Assembly (NCBI GenBank): GCA_027339965.1
Contig: DAHWNL010000066.1
Span: 1-63,273 of the forward strand
Reading direction: 5' to 3'
DNA: 63,273 nt
Source: Granulicella sp.
GTDB taxonomy: Bacteria > Acidobacteriota > Terriglobia > Terriglobales > Acidobacteriaceae
The translations under genes and the position numbers were made by a program. The notes under the pieces are model-generated. The model saw only the letters and a program-made list of their open reading frames with translations. It ran no database searches and was not told where the DNA came from. This document shows, piece by piece, positions 21,087 to 31,134 of the stretch (positions are counted from its first letter, which is position 1; the number at the start of each line of letters is the position of its first letter).

Positions 21087-21716
21087 TCAAGCCCGAGCCT
21101 CAGCCAAAGCAGCAACGGCCTTGTCGTGGGGCAGGAGAAACTCTCTCCGGTCCGCTCCGTAGTTCAGAGCCGAAGCGCCGCCGGCAGTATGGAAGGCCAC
21201 ATCCGTTATGCCGATGAACCCAAACAACGTCTTCAGATAAGGCTCGATAAAGTTCAGAAACTCCAACCCTGATCCGGGACCATACTTGCCGCCCGTGGCC
21301 ACCAGAAGCGTTGCCTTCTTGCCTTCCAGCAGCCCCTTCGGCGACCCGTCCACATAGGCGAAGGTCTTGCCCACCCGCACCACCTGGTCGATCCAGAGCT
21401 TGAGAACGCTGGGAATATTGAAGTTGTGCATCGAGACCCCGATGGCCAGCTCATCCGCCGCGTCCATCTCCGCAAGCAGCTCATCGGACTTGGCCAGCAG
21501 CTCCCTCTGCTCCGGGGTGCGCGCCTCCTCCGGCGTGTAGGCCGCCGCGACCCAATCGGCGGTGATCGCCGTCAAACCGCTCCGGGTCAGGTCGCGGGTG
21601 ATTACCCTCCCCTCAGGGTGGGACGTCTTCCAGTTCTCCACATAGGTGCGGGACAAATGGCGCGAGACCGAAGAGGCCCCCATCGGACTCGAATCGATGT
21701 GTAGCAATGTAGCCAT
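21087..21716 (-). CDS. azoR: FMN-dependent NADH-azoreductase
   Basis: LLHIDSSP...SVSRHL and MHNFNIPSVLKLWIDQVVRVGKTF motifs. Confidence 0.93.
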   Translation of the reverse strand: MATLLHIDSSPMGASSVSRHLSRTYVENWKTSHPEGRVITRDLTRSGLTAITADWVAAAYTPEEARTPEQRELLAKSDELLAEMDAADELAIGVSMHNFNIPSVLKLWIDQVVRVGKTFAYVDGSPKGLLEGKKATLLVATGGKYGPGSGLEFLNFIEPYLKTLFGFIGITDVAFHTAGGASALNYGADRREFLLPHDKAVAALAEARA

Positions 21717-21749
21717 GGTGAATCTCCTTTACAACAGTTGATGTCTAAA

Positions 21750-21805
21750 CAACGGATGTCGATTCAACGAATACCCGACATTTGTCGCTTAGTCAACAGA
21801 TAGTG
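21750..21805. promoter_or_regulatory. Putative TetR operator sites between divergent azoR and tetR
   Basis: Palindrome CGACA-TT-TGTCG (21776-21787) and related CAACGGATGTCG (21750-21761) in an AT-rich intergenic region. Confidence 0.5.
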
Positions 21806-21809
21806 TTAA

Positions 21810-22481
21810 ATGGGATTGAGGAACCTGCCGACCATGGCGTTGCCGTCAGCCATCTCCGAAGGTTTCCTGTCTCCATCCGAGCCCCGCGTGGCCTCGCCGG
21901 AGGGAAGTGAGAGCCAGGACCCCCGGGTGCGCCGGACGCGCCAGATCCTCCAGCAGACCCTCGCCGAGCTTCTCCGCACCCGCGAGTTTGAGACCCTCTC
22001 CGTGCAGGAGATCACCGACGCCGCCGGGGTAAACCGCGCCACCTTCTACGCTCACTATCCAGATAAATTCGCTCTGCTTGAGTGCATGGTTGCGGGCCGC
22101 TTTCACGCTCTGCTGCAAGGCCGCGGGGTGGTCTTTGATGGCTCCTGCAGCATGGCGCTGCAGGGGATTGTTCTGGGAGTCTGCGACTTCCTGACCCAGT
22201 CGCTGCGCCAGGGCGCCGGCGCCCAGTGCCCCAAGGCCAACCCATTGCCCCCGCACATGGAGTCAGCCATCATCGCCGTCGTCCGGGGCATGCTGCTGGA
22301 CGGCATTCGGAAGCACCCTCCCGAGGGCGCGCACTCCCCTGAACTCCTGTCCTCGACGGCGAGCTGGGCGATCTATGGTGCGGCCCGCGAGTGGCTCCAG
22401 ACTCCGAACCATCTCTCCTCGGAAGAGTTCGCCCCGGCCATTCAGCGGCTGGTAGCCCCTATTCTGCATCCAGAGAGCTAA
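21810..22481 (+). CDS. TetR/AcrR family transcriptional regulator
   Basis: DPRVRRTR...LSVQEITDAAGVNRATFYAHYPDK helix-turn-helix. Confidence 0.92.
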   Translation: MGLRNLPTMALPSAISEGFLSPSEPRVASPEGSESQDPRVRRTRQILQQTLAELLRTREFETLSVQEITDAAGVNRATFYAHYPDKFALLECMVAGRFHALLQGRGVVFDGSCSMALQGIVLGVCDFLTQSLRQGAGAQCPKANPLPPHMESAIIAVVRGMLLDGIRKHPPEGAHSPELLSSTASWAIYGAAREWLQTPNHLSSEEFAPAIQRLVAPILHPES

Positions 22482-22582
22482 GCATCTGGCCGTGCCGCTC
22501 TCGGGAGAAGCGACGCGCCGTCCGGCTGGAGCCAGACATTCTCCCCATGAGCGCCTGATTCGCAGCTCGGCAGGAGAGGCTT

Positions 22583-24559
22583 TCACCCTGGCTGATGGTT
22601 TTCCTGCAAATACTCCACATAACCCAGCAAAGCTCCCCAGTGATAGAAGCGGTCGCTGTTCCTGACGTCGTCGCCCTCGCCCAGAATGGCGTTGTAGTTT
22701 TCGTGCACGTGGCGATGCTGACTCCACTCGCGCAGAAACAAGGCATAGGACTTGGACGCCAGCGCGGCTTGTGCATTGGGAAGGTTGTAGTTGCACAGGC
22801 CAAGGTACACCAGGTAGTTCATCGGTCCCCATATTCTTCCCCGCCAGTAGTTCTGGTCGCCAAAGGCAGGATCGTCTCTGGCGATTGAGGGCAACACCCA
22901 CTCTCCCCAGAACTCCGCCGGGTTCATCAGGTGCCGGTCCACCATCTGGCGCGCCTGTTCCGGGGTCGCAGCATGCGCCAGAAGCGGATAGAAGTTCGTC
23001 GGGGAGAGCCGGTGGCTGAACTTGCCGGTGTGCAGATCCTTGTTCAGAAAGATGCCTGCTTGTGGAACCCACAGTGCTTGCAAGCTGGCGCGGTACTGGG
23101 AGCTGCGCGCGCGCAGCTCGGCGGCTGCGGAGCTTTGATGCAGCAGATCCGCCATCCTGGCCAAAGCATCGCAGTCGGCGATATAGAGACTCATCAGGCC
23201 TACGTCCGCAAACTCCAGGACATGCTTGTCGGGGTCGTACACGGCATGGTCGTACATGGGACTGTTGTCCAGGCCTGACTCAAGGATTGCGCCGGCGCGA
23301 GTGCCCCGAAAGGCTCTCTCCAGACTGCCCGGCGGATTGTCGCCATCACTGCCCCAGGCCAGATATCCATCGATAGCCCGATGCTGCGACCACCACCGGT
23401 TCCACCGCAGCAGGAAGGGAAAGGCATCCTGGAGCAGCCATCGATCATGGTACTTCTCATACAGGCCAAGGACGGTGATGGAACCTACCGGCGGCTCGGA
23501 GCGATCAAAGCTCTTCCAGTTCCCGGCCCGCGCGTAGTTTGGTACGAACCCTTCCGATGTTCTGCTGCGCAGCGTCTCGATCGCGTCCGCATAAGCCAGG
23601 TCACGGTCTCCCACGGAGGCCATGGTGGCGGCAAAGAATGTATCCCAGTCGAAGAGCACGTATCCGCCCCATTGCACACTCCAGATACGGCTCACCGGGG
23701 ATACCACTCTTGCTTGCTCCGGCTCAAAAATCGTATCCCAGCCGAGTGTTGTCTCAATGGCGTCCACGATCGGCCGGGCGTTCGAATTTGTCCCCAGAGA
23801 GGCTTCGAACGCCGCATGTTCACGAGCGAGGATTGCCCTGACCTCCTTGAGGCTGCGGCGATGTCCTGTACTGATGGCCACCGGCGCGGTGAGGTCTGCC
23901 GCGTAGTAAGGGCCGCCCACGTCCGGCTGCGGAAGTTCCTTGGGGCCTGCCTTCTTGCACGTGCAAAAGACGCGGATGATTCCTGAAGGCGTCTGTGCTT
24001 CGATCGTGCCGTTGCGCCAGCCAACCAGGCCGGGACGGTTCCAAAGCATGTCCACGGAGAAGAAGGCGGTGAGCGCAAGACCCTGAGCTGAGTTCGGCAG
24101 CGGCGTGACCAGCATGACCAGATCAGCGCCCTCGTGGGCGGTCTGCACGCGCCACGCGTCCGACTTCCATGACACCTGGAGATCGGTGTAACTGCCGTTC
24201 CAGGCATGCGGGCCGGGCCGCACCTGCTCTGCTCCCGGCGCCAGCCGGCCGATCAGCGTCTCGCGCAGAAAGGCGTTGCCGGACGAGGTTGTGTTGTGCT
24301 CGATACCCAGATGAATTGCCACCCCGGCAGGCAGAAGCACCTGCGTGGTCACGCTATGGGTATCCCAGGTGTTCCACCCGCGAGCCAGCCGGTGTTGCAC
24401 AGCCTTGTATTGAGGCGAAAGGGCAGGCAGGGCGGCAGCCGCCGTGACGCTGGGGAGCGATTGCGCGCCGGCGAAGACCGGAGCAAGCCAATAAGCCATC
24501 AGACCGGCCATCAGACAGAAGCGGAACCTTGCCAAGCTCAACCAGCCGTCAACTCCCAT
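22583..24559 (-). CDS. Secreted glycoside hydrolase, GH63/MGH1-like (alpha/alpha)6 barrel
   Basis: FDWDTFF, ESGLDNSPMY, YWRGRIWGPMNY and ENY motifs; N-terminal signal peptide. Confidence 0.85.
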   Translation of the reverse strand: MGVDGWLSLARFRFCLMAGLMAYWLAPVFAGAQSLPSVTAAAALPALSPQYKAVQHRLARGWNTWDTHSVTTQVLLPAGVAIHLGIEHNTTSSGNAFLRETLIGRLAPGAEQVRPGPHAWNGSYTDLQVSWKSDAWRVQTAHEGADLVMLVTPLPNSAQGLALTAFFSVDMLWNRPGLVGWRNGTIEAQTPSGIIRVFCTCKKAGPKELPQPDVGGPYYAADLTAPVAISTGHRRSLKEVRAILAREHAAFEASLGTNSNARPIVDAIETTLGWDTIFEPEQARVVSPVSRIWSVQWGGYVLFDWDTFFAATMASVGDRDLAYADAIETLRSRTSEGFVPNYARAGNWKSFDRSEPPVGSITVLGLYEKYHDRWLLQDAFPFLLRWNRWWSQHRAIDGYLAWGSDGDNPPGSLERAFRGTRAGAILESGLDNSPMYDHAVYDPDKHVLEFADVGLMSLYIADCDALARMADLLHQSSAAAELRARSSQYRASLQALWVPQAGIFLNKDLHTGKFSHRLSPTNFYPLLAHAATPEQARQMVDRHLMNPAEFWGEWVLPSIARDDPAFGDQNYWRGRIWGPMNYLVYLGLCNYNLPNAQAALASKSYALFLREWSQHRHVHENYNAILGEGDDVRNSDRFYHWGALLGYVEYLQENHQPG

Positions 24560-24611
24560 AAGTCACCTCTCGATCCAGACCCATTTTGCAGCGCCTGATC
24601 CCCTGCACCAC

Positions 24612-24643
24612 GTAGCGCTCAGGCCGGGTAGCGCTCAGGCCGG
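24612..24643. repeat. Exact 16-bp tandem duplication
   Basis: GTAGCGCTCAGGCCGG x2. Confidence 0.9.
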
Positions 24644-24970
24644 CTGCAAACTGCCGGTCCCACGCGAGTCAGTTTTGTGCGCTGGATTGTCACCGTGCAG
24701 CTATGGAATTCAATCCTCTCCCAACCCCTCGCCGCTGGTCGCGCCGTTTTCATGGAACAGGGAAATTCCGTCGTCTGGTCCAGCATAGACCTATACCATC
24801 TTGACCGCTCGCCGCTGCGATGCGCTCAGAGGGGAGGATCCAATGGCGAGGACCGAGCCTGCCCGAACCAAAGGCGGGATGATTGAAGAGGGCCAAAGCC
24901 CTTGTCGATGCTGGTCCAGCCCGTAGCAGCCTTCCTTTGTCGGCGAGGCAACTCCGGCGCTACGCGCCGC

Positions 24971-25105
24971 AGCCAGGTGGCTGTTTCCTCTGCTATCGGT
25001 CAGGTGCTTCCCATGGTGGTCTGCCTGTGCGGTGTCCTCGTCTGGAAGGAGTTCCAAGCCGCCAAGCTCAAAGTCAAAGGATCTTTCACCGCGATCATGG
25101 CCTGC
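24971..25105 (+). pseudogene. Remnant of a GRP/DMT-family sugar transporter (C-terminal fragment)
   Basis: QVAVSSAIGQVLPMVVCLCGVLVWKEFQAA resembles the AISYAIGQxxPMVAALWGVxxWKEF C-terminal motif of glucose/ribose porter-like proteins; ribokinase is nearby. Confidence 0.6.
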
Positions 25106-25219
25106 CGACGCCGATCGCCCGTGCGTATGCTGGATAAGACTCTGACGGGTTTGACGGCCAGGGTTCAGCGTCTGGAGAGGTGCTCGCCCGCAGCAGGTCC
25201 GGTACGGAGAGGAGAGACA

Positions 25220-25525
25220 GTGATTCTTGAAGTGGGAATTTTGACTGTGCGGCCTGGTGAGGAGGCGGCCTTTGAGGCCGCCTTGAAGGCGGCTCAGCCG
25301 CTGATCGCAGCCACACCGGGCTTTGGGTCCATCGCTGTCTGCCGTTGCGTGGAGGCGCCCAACCAATATCTATTGCAAGTACGGTGGAGAAGCCTGGAGG
25401 ATCACACCATCGGCTTCCGTCAATCGGACCGCTTCCAGCGTTGGCGCGAGCTGCTGCATCACTTTTACGACCCGCCCCCATTGATCCAGCACTACGGCGA
25501 GTCTGTGCTCGACGTGAAAGCATAG
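25220..25525 (+). CDS. Antibiotic biosynthesis monooxygenase (ABM) family protein
   Basis: GTG after GAGGAG; ILEVGILTVRPG, WRSLEDHTIGFRQS and LLHHFYDP motifs. Confidence 0.88.
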   Translation: MILEVGILTVRPGEEAAFEAALKAAQPLIAATPGFGSIAVCRCVEAPNQYLLQVRWRSLEDHTIGFRQSDRFQRWRELLHHFYDPPPLIQHYGESVLDVKA

Positions 25526-25645
25526 GATCGGCACCCGGCGGGAGGGTCCCCCGGAAGGGAAAAGGCAGCGGCAACCGAGCCCGGCGCTGAGCATCGATCC
25601 CTGTTTTCGATCGCTCGCCGGGAGAAGGGAACAGAGCGCCAATCT

Positions 25646-26587
25646 ATGGGAAAGAAGATCGTCGTGCTGGGCAGTTATGTGGCCGATGTGGCCTTTCGCG
25701 CCTCGCGGCTACCGGTCTGGGGAGAGACGCTGCTGGGCAGTGGCTTTGCCCTAGGGCCCGGAGGCAAGGGCTCCAACCAGGCCGTGGCCGCCGCACGCGC
25801 GGGAGCCGCGGTGCAGATGCTCTCGCGGCTGGGTGACGATGCCTTTGGACGTATGGCTCGGGAGATCTGGGCGGCAGCCGGGGTGGATGCTGCTTGCGTT
25901 TCGACCGCAGAGACGCCAACCGGGGCCGCGGCGATCTTGATCGATGAGGCCCGCGGAGAAAACGCGATTATCGTAGTACCAGGGGCCTGTTTCACGCTCT
26001 CAGCGCAGGATGTGGAGGCCGCCGGAGAGGTAATCCGCCGGGCCGGGGTGCTGCTGACCCAACTCGAGCTTCCCCTGCCGACCGTGGAGCGCGGGCTGCG
26101 CCTGGCGCGAGAGGCCGGCGTGCGAACCATCCTCAATCCAGCACCTGCGCAGCCTCTTAGCGACGATCTCCTGGGCCTGGTCGATGTGCTGATTCCCAAC
26201 GAGGGCGAGGCGGCGAAGATGACGGGCTTTCCGGTACAGAACCGGATGCAGGCCGAAGCGGCCGCTCTGGCCCTGCAACAGCGTGGAGCCCGCTGCGTCA
26301 TCGTAACTCTGGGCGCCCAGGGGGCTCTGGTCTGCGACGGTCGCGCGCAGCCGGTGCTGGTGGATGCGTTCCACGCTGGAGCCGTGGTGGAGACCACGGG
26401 GGCCGGTGACGCTTTCTGTGGAGGCTTCGCCGCGGCGCTCAGCGAAGGAGCCTCCGTGCTGGAAGCAGCACGGTTCGGCTGCGCGACGGCGGGGATCTCC
26501 GTTACCCGCGCGGGCACGGCCCCATCCATGCCGGCACGCGCGGAGATTGAGGCCCTGCTGCACCCGTCCGTAGCGCCGCAGGCCTGA
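25646..26587 (+). CDS. rbsK: Ribokinase
   Basis: GPGGKGSNQAVAAARAG, GENAIIVVPGA, LNPAPA and TTGAGDAF PfkB signatures. Confidence 0.92.
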   Translation: MGKKIVVLGSYVADVAFRASRLPVWGETLLGSGFALGPGGKGSNQAVAAARAGAAVQMLSRLGDDAFGRMAREIWAAAGVDAACVSTAETPTGAAAILIDEARGENAIIVVPGACFTLSAQDVEAAGEVIRRAGVLLTQLELPLPTVERGLRLAREAGVRTILNPAPAQPLSDDLLGLVDVLIPNEGEAAKMTGFPVQNRMQAEAAALALQQRGARCVIVTLGAQGALVCDGRAQPVLVDAFHAGAVVETTGAGDAFCGGFAAALSEGASVLEAARFGCATAGISVTRAGTAPSMPARAEIEALLHPSVAPQA

Positions 26588-27002
26588 AGATCAGCGTGGC
26601 CTGCTCTGGACACGGTCGAGGGCTTGCTCCGAGGGGTCCCCCGGCCTGCACGCGAACCGTGTTCTGCCTCCTCATCTGCGGCGTCCGAAGGCTGTACGGG
26701 AAAGCAAGCCCCCACCCCTGGCGCTCTCACGTCAGCGGTCGGATGCCGCTCCGGCCACCTTGAATTCGCTTGCTCTTGACGATGCTTCGGGGGCGAACGT
26801 AAGCTTTGGCGAAGATCCGCCTTGGGCATGGACTGGGCAGTTTGTGACCACAGCGGGGCAAGACGGTCTGACGGAAGCGGCATGGAGCCGGCCGGGTTGA
26901 TGGAGCTTCGAAGAGTTGGGTGCCGGCCCCCCCAGGAGTGTGGAGAGAGCTTGCCGGGACTTGACCTTCCTCCTGCCGAGAGGCTCCAAGGAGAGATGTG
27001 CG

Positions 27003-29072
27003 ATGAAGAGAGTGGGAGCGGGAAGTTTGCTCTTTTTCATGCTGGTTTGCGGCTGCCGGATGGCCCTGGCCCAGTCCGAACCCTCGCCTCTCGGTCGGGA
27101 CGATGCGCGGGCGCGGGCCATCGTCGCGAAGATGACGCTGGATGAGAAGATCGCGGAGCTACACGGGATCCATACCGCCGAACACTACCGTTACGTGCCC
27201 GGAGTTCCGCGGCTGGGAATTCCAGCTTTTCCAATGACGAACGGACCGGCGGGCGTGGGACCGGGAGGCGCGAGCCCACAGCTCCGCGCGACCGCGCTGC
27301 CCGCTCCCATTGCGCTGGCAGCTTCCTGGGATCCGGCCTTGGCGCTGCGATATGGAAAGATTGCCGGCGAGGAGACCAGGGACCTACAGTCCGACCTGCT
27401 GGAGGCCCCGGATATCAACATCATTCGGGTGCCGCAGAACGGACGCACCTTCGAGAGCTACAGCGAGGATCCCTACCTGGACGGGCAGATGGCCGCGGCG
27501 ACCATCCAGGGCATCCAGAGCGCAGGCGTTCTGGCGAATGTGAAGCACTACATCGCCAACAACCAGGAGGACAACCGGTTTCGAATCGACGAAGTGATCG
27601 ACGAACGCACGCTTCGCGAGATCTACATGCCGGGCTTTCGCGCCGCGGTCGAACAAGGCCACGCTGCCTCCGTGATGTGCGCTTATCCGAAGATCAACGG
27701 CGCGTTCAACTGTGAGAATGAGCCGCTGCTCTCCGTGCTGGAGAGGGAGTGGAAATTTCACGGCTTCGTGCTCTCGGATTGGGGCGCAGTGCATAGCACC
27801 GTCCCGAGCGCTCTGAATGGACTGGACCTGGAGATGCCGACCGGCGCTTACTTCGGCGACGCCCTGAAGACAGCCATCCAGCAGGGACAGGTGCCCATGG
27901 CAAGGATTGACGCGATGCTGGTGCGGCGATTTGCGACCATGATGCGCTTCGGGCTCTTCGACTCAAAACCGAAGCCGCTGCGGCCGATTCCGGTGCTGGA
28001 AGACGGTAAAGCCTCCCGCGAGATAGCAGAACAAGGCATGGTGCTGTTGAAGAATGAGAACCAGGTTCTGCCGATCGACACCGCCAAACTGCGCTCGATC
28101 GCTCTGATTGGCCCCGATGCGCTGCGAGCGAAGACGGGCGGCGGGGGCAGTTCCCATGTGATCCCGCTTTACAGCATCGCGCCGGTGGATGGCATTGAGG
28201 CGCATATGCCGCTGCAGAAACGCGTGGACCTGCTGGATGGCTCTGACGTGGACGCCGCCGTGGCGGCGGCCAGGCGCGACGATCTGGCGATCGTGATGGT
28301 GGGCGACAGCGAGAGTGAGGGACGCGATCATACGATCGAGCTGCCGGCGGCGGCGAATGCACTTATCTCCGCGGTTGCGGCCGCCAATCCGAAGACCGTT
28401 GTGGTGGTGAAGAGCGGCTCGGCGCTGCTGATGCCATGGATCCGCTCGGTGGCGGCGGTGCTGGAGGCGTGGTATCCGGGCGAAGAGGACGGCAACGCGG
28501 TGGCCGATGTTCTCTTTGGCGTAGTGAATCCTTCGGGGAAACTTCCCATGACCTTCCCAGCCAGCATCAACCAGACATTCGCGCGGAATCCAGATTGGTA
28601 TCCAGGAAACGGCACAGAGGTCCACTACGGCGAGAAGCTGAACGTGGGCTACCGATGGTACCAATCCCGGCAACTGACGCCACTTTTCCCGTTTGGATTC
28701 GGCCTTTCCTACACCACGTTCTCTCTTGCGAAGATGAAGGCGACAGCCATCGCCGGCACCCCGCATGCGGTTGAAGTGGAGTTGACGGTGACCAACACGG
28801 GCGAGCGGGCGGGAGCGGAGGTGGCCCAGGTCTACGTCGGCTTTCCAAACATTCCGGAGGGCGACGAACCGCCGCTGCGCCTGGCGGCGTTTCGCAAGAT
28901 GATGCTCAAGCCGGGAGAGTCGAAACAGATTGCGCTTACGCTCGACGCGCAGTCCTTCTCCTTCTGGTCCGTGGCTGACCATGCTTGGCGAATTCAGCCG
29001 GGTCGATACAAGATCCAGGCCGGAGACTCTTCTGCCGATCTGCCGTTGCAAACCAGCATCACGCTGCGTTGA
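27003..29072 (+). CDS. Secreted beta-glucosidase, GH3 with Fn3-like C-terminal domain
   Basis: MTLDEK, GRTFESYSEDP, KHY, VLSDW nucleophile, FPFGFGLSYTTF and GAEVAQVY motifs. Confidence 0.93.
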   Translation: MKRVGAGSLLFFMLVCGCRMALAQSEPSPLGRDDARARAIVAKMTLDEKIAELHGIHTAEHYRYVPGVPRLGIPAFPMTNGPAGVGPGGASPQLRATALPAPIALAASWDPALALRYGKIAGEETRDLQSDLLEAPDINIIRVPQNGRTFESYSEDPYLDGQMAAATIQGIQSAGVLANVKHYIANNQEDNRFRIDEVIDERTLREIYMPGFRAAVEQGHAASVMCAYPKINGAFNCENEPLLSVLEREWKFHGFVLSDWGAVHSTVPSALNGLDLEMPTGAYFGDALKTAIQQGQVPMARIDAMLVRRFATMMRFGLFDSKPKPLRPIPVLEDGKASREIAEQGMVLLKNENQVLPIDTAKLRSIALIGPDALRAKTGGGGSSHVIPLYSIAPVDGIEAHMPLQKRVDLLDGSDVDAAVAAARRDDLAIVMVGDSESEGRDHTIELPAAANALISAVAAANPKTVVVVKSGSALLMPWIRSVAAVLEAWYPGEEDGNAVADVLFGVVNPSGKLPMTFPASINQTFARNPDWYPGNGTEVHYGEKLNVGYRWYQSRQLTPLFPFGFGLSYTTFSLAKMKATAIAGTPHAVEVELTVTNTGERAGAEVAQVYVGFPNIPEGDEPPLRLAAFRKMMLKPGESKQIALTLDAQSFSFWSVADHAWRIQPGRYKIQAGDSSADLPLQTSITLR

Positions 29073-29285
29073 GCGCGCACGCCGTGCCGGCTGCGCGGCT
29101 GGGCAAAAGATGCATCCACGGCTCCACGGACTTTCTGGCGGTCCATCGCGTCTTGAACGCTTCCGTAAGGATAAGCCGCCAGAATCGTGATCTCTCGTGC
29201 GCTTTCATGGGGGGAAAGCGCCTGCTTAACCCCTGGCGCGGCTCGTCACCCAGCCTCTCGCCAGGCTCCACATCGGAATTCAGGT

Positions 29286-30782
29286 TCATCCCAACCCATA
29301 CGCTCCACTTTCACCCGCAAACGAGATTTCTTTCCTGAACCTCTGAGGTTGTGGGACGATCGGCTTCTCGCCAGCCAGCAATCGTTTGAAATTCTCCACT
29401 TGCGGGTCCTGCGTTGTCTCCATGTGGCCCATCAGCAGCCGTTTCATCCTCTGGATTCGATTCTGCTGAGTCTTGGCGTCAATCAGATTGACGCGTTGTC
29501 CGGGATCTTCCTGCAGATCGTAGAAGGCCAGGGGATAACCATAAACGTACTGGTGCACCCGCGCTGCGATACGGGGGTTTGACTCGGCGGCGCGCACCAT
29601 CGCAGCGAAGGTCAGTCCCTCCATGGACTCGACGCGAAAGCGCAGTTGGCCATCTGACCATGGACAAAAGACCAGAGAGTAGCGGTCATCCTGAATGGCG
29701 CGCGCGGGAAACTCTTCGCCGCCGAAGACGGAGTTGATGTTGGTGACTAAGAACTCCCGTCCTTCTTGTTTCTGACCATGGATGATGGGCATCCAGGATC
29801 GTCCGTCAACGCCCTCCGGCGCAGGAACGCCCATGAGATCAAGCAGAGTGGGTAATACGTCGATGTTGCAGGTGCGATCATGGAAGGTGAGCGCCTTACG
29901 CATCCCCGGCCACGAAAGAAGGGCCGGCGTTCGGCTTCCACTGTCATAGACCGTTGCCTTTGAGAACGGGAACGGCATCCCGTGATCAGCGGAAAAGTAC
30001 ACAATTGTGTTGTCCAACTCGTGCGCGGCGGCCAGAGCATCGAGCACCTTGCCCACGCTGATGTCCAGGCGCTGGACACTGTTGGCGTACTGAGCCAGCT
30101 CCTTGCGGATGTCAGGGAGGTCTTCAAGGAAGGGCGGGATCTCCACTTCTTCCGGCTGCACCTCTTTGGCAACCTTGTATTCGCCCTCCTCATGGTGATC
30201 GATTCCCGCTGCCTCGGGACTGCCGTAGAAGGGCCGGTGAGGATCATTGATATTGCAGTTCACAAAAAAAGGACGCTTCAAGGATTGCGCTTCTGCGATC
30301 GCGTCCCGTACCGCATCTCCATACACGTAAGGATTGCGATCAATGCCGTGCCATACGCGGTCCCAGGGGAAGCAACTGGGAGGTTGCATGTGTTTGATTT
30401 TGTGAATCCCGGCCGTGTAATAACCTTGCTCCTTGAGCACGGTGGTGAGGGTTGGGACGCCTGGATACACGGGAGTAAACCCCAACCCTCCGCTGTGCTG
30501 CGGAAGCCTTCCGGTCATCATCGCCTCACGCGACGGCTGACAGATTGCCACGGACGTGCGGTTGTTGACGAATCGATGGGAGCGGGCCGCAAGCGCATCC
30601 AGGCGCGGTGTGAGGTGGGGGAGTCCTCCCATGAATCCGGGCATGGAGTAGTTCATGTCATCGACAGTGATGAACAATAGATTAAGCGGCTGGCGAGATT
30701 TCACGAATGCAGGCAGCATCTGCGCTGTGGAGGCGGCGACTGCGGCCGCTCCTGTCGTCTTCAAAAAATCTCTTCTTCGCAT
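29286..30782 (-). CDS. Tat-exported sulfatase (formylglycine-dependent family)
   Basis: MRRRDFLK Tat motif; NLLFITVDD; CQPSR signature; DPHRP; ADHG. Confidence 0.92.
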   Translation of the reverse strand: MRRRDFLKTTGAAAVAASTAQMLPAFVKSRQPLNLLFITVDDMNYSMPGFMGGLPHLTPRLDALAARSHRFVNNRTSVAICQPSREAMMTGRLPQHSGGLGFTPVYPGVPTLTTVLKEQGYYTAGIHKIKHMQPPSCFPWDRVWHGIDRNPYVYGDAVRDAIAEAQSLKRPFFVNCNINDPHRPFYGSPEAAGIDHHEEGEYKVAKEVQPEEVEIPPFLEDLPDIRKELAQYANSVQRLDISVGKVLDALAAAHELDNTIVYFSADHGMPFPFSKATVYDSGSRTPALLSWPGMRKALTFHDRTCNIDVLPTLLDLMGVPAPEGVDGRSWMPIIHGQKQEGREFLVTNINSVFGGEEFPARAIQDDRYSLVFCPWSDGQLRFRVESMEGLTFAAMVRAAESNPRIAARVHQYVYGYPLAFYDLQEDPGQRVNLIDAKTQQNRIQRMKRLLMGHMETTQDPQVENFKRLLAGEKPIVPQPQRFRKEISFAGESGAYGLG

Positions 30783-30794
30783 CTTGATCTATCC

Positions 30795-30838
30795 TCTGGT
30801 ACGAATCCTAGCACTTCTGGTACGAATCCTAGCACTTC
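30795..30838. repeat. Exact 21-bp tandem duplication upstream of the sulfatase start
   Basis: TCTGGTACGAATCCTAGCACT x2. Confidence 0.9.
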
Positions 30839-31134
30839 GGATCTGAGGCGCATCTCGCCCCTCGTTGCAAGTTGAGCGACGGTTCAACCCGGTTCTGAAA
30901 GAGCCAGGCTGTAGAACCTTTTCGAGTCGGACCGCTGTGCAGGAACCTTACCGTTCCCTGCACAAACAAGGAAAAGCCGGTGAAACAGGATGGCCTGGAT
31001 TCTGCTCAGACGGGGCCGTTGCCTTTGCACGGGAAATGGTTGAAACGCGGCCCTTGGCGCAGGAGGGAGACCACCCACTGCCACCGCTCTCTGGCTGGCC
31101 GGAACAGGGCGTCTCGATCCACACGGCGCGATGG

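Noticed and set aside
30795..30838. CRISPR array
   Set aside because: Only two abutting copies with no spacer and no cas genes
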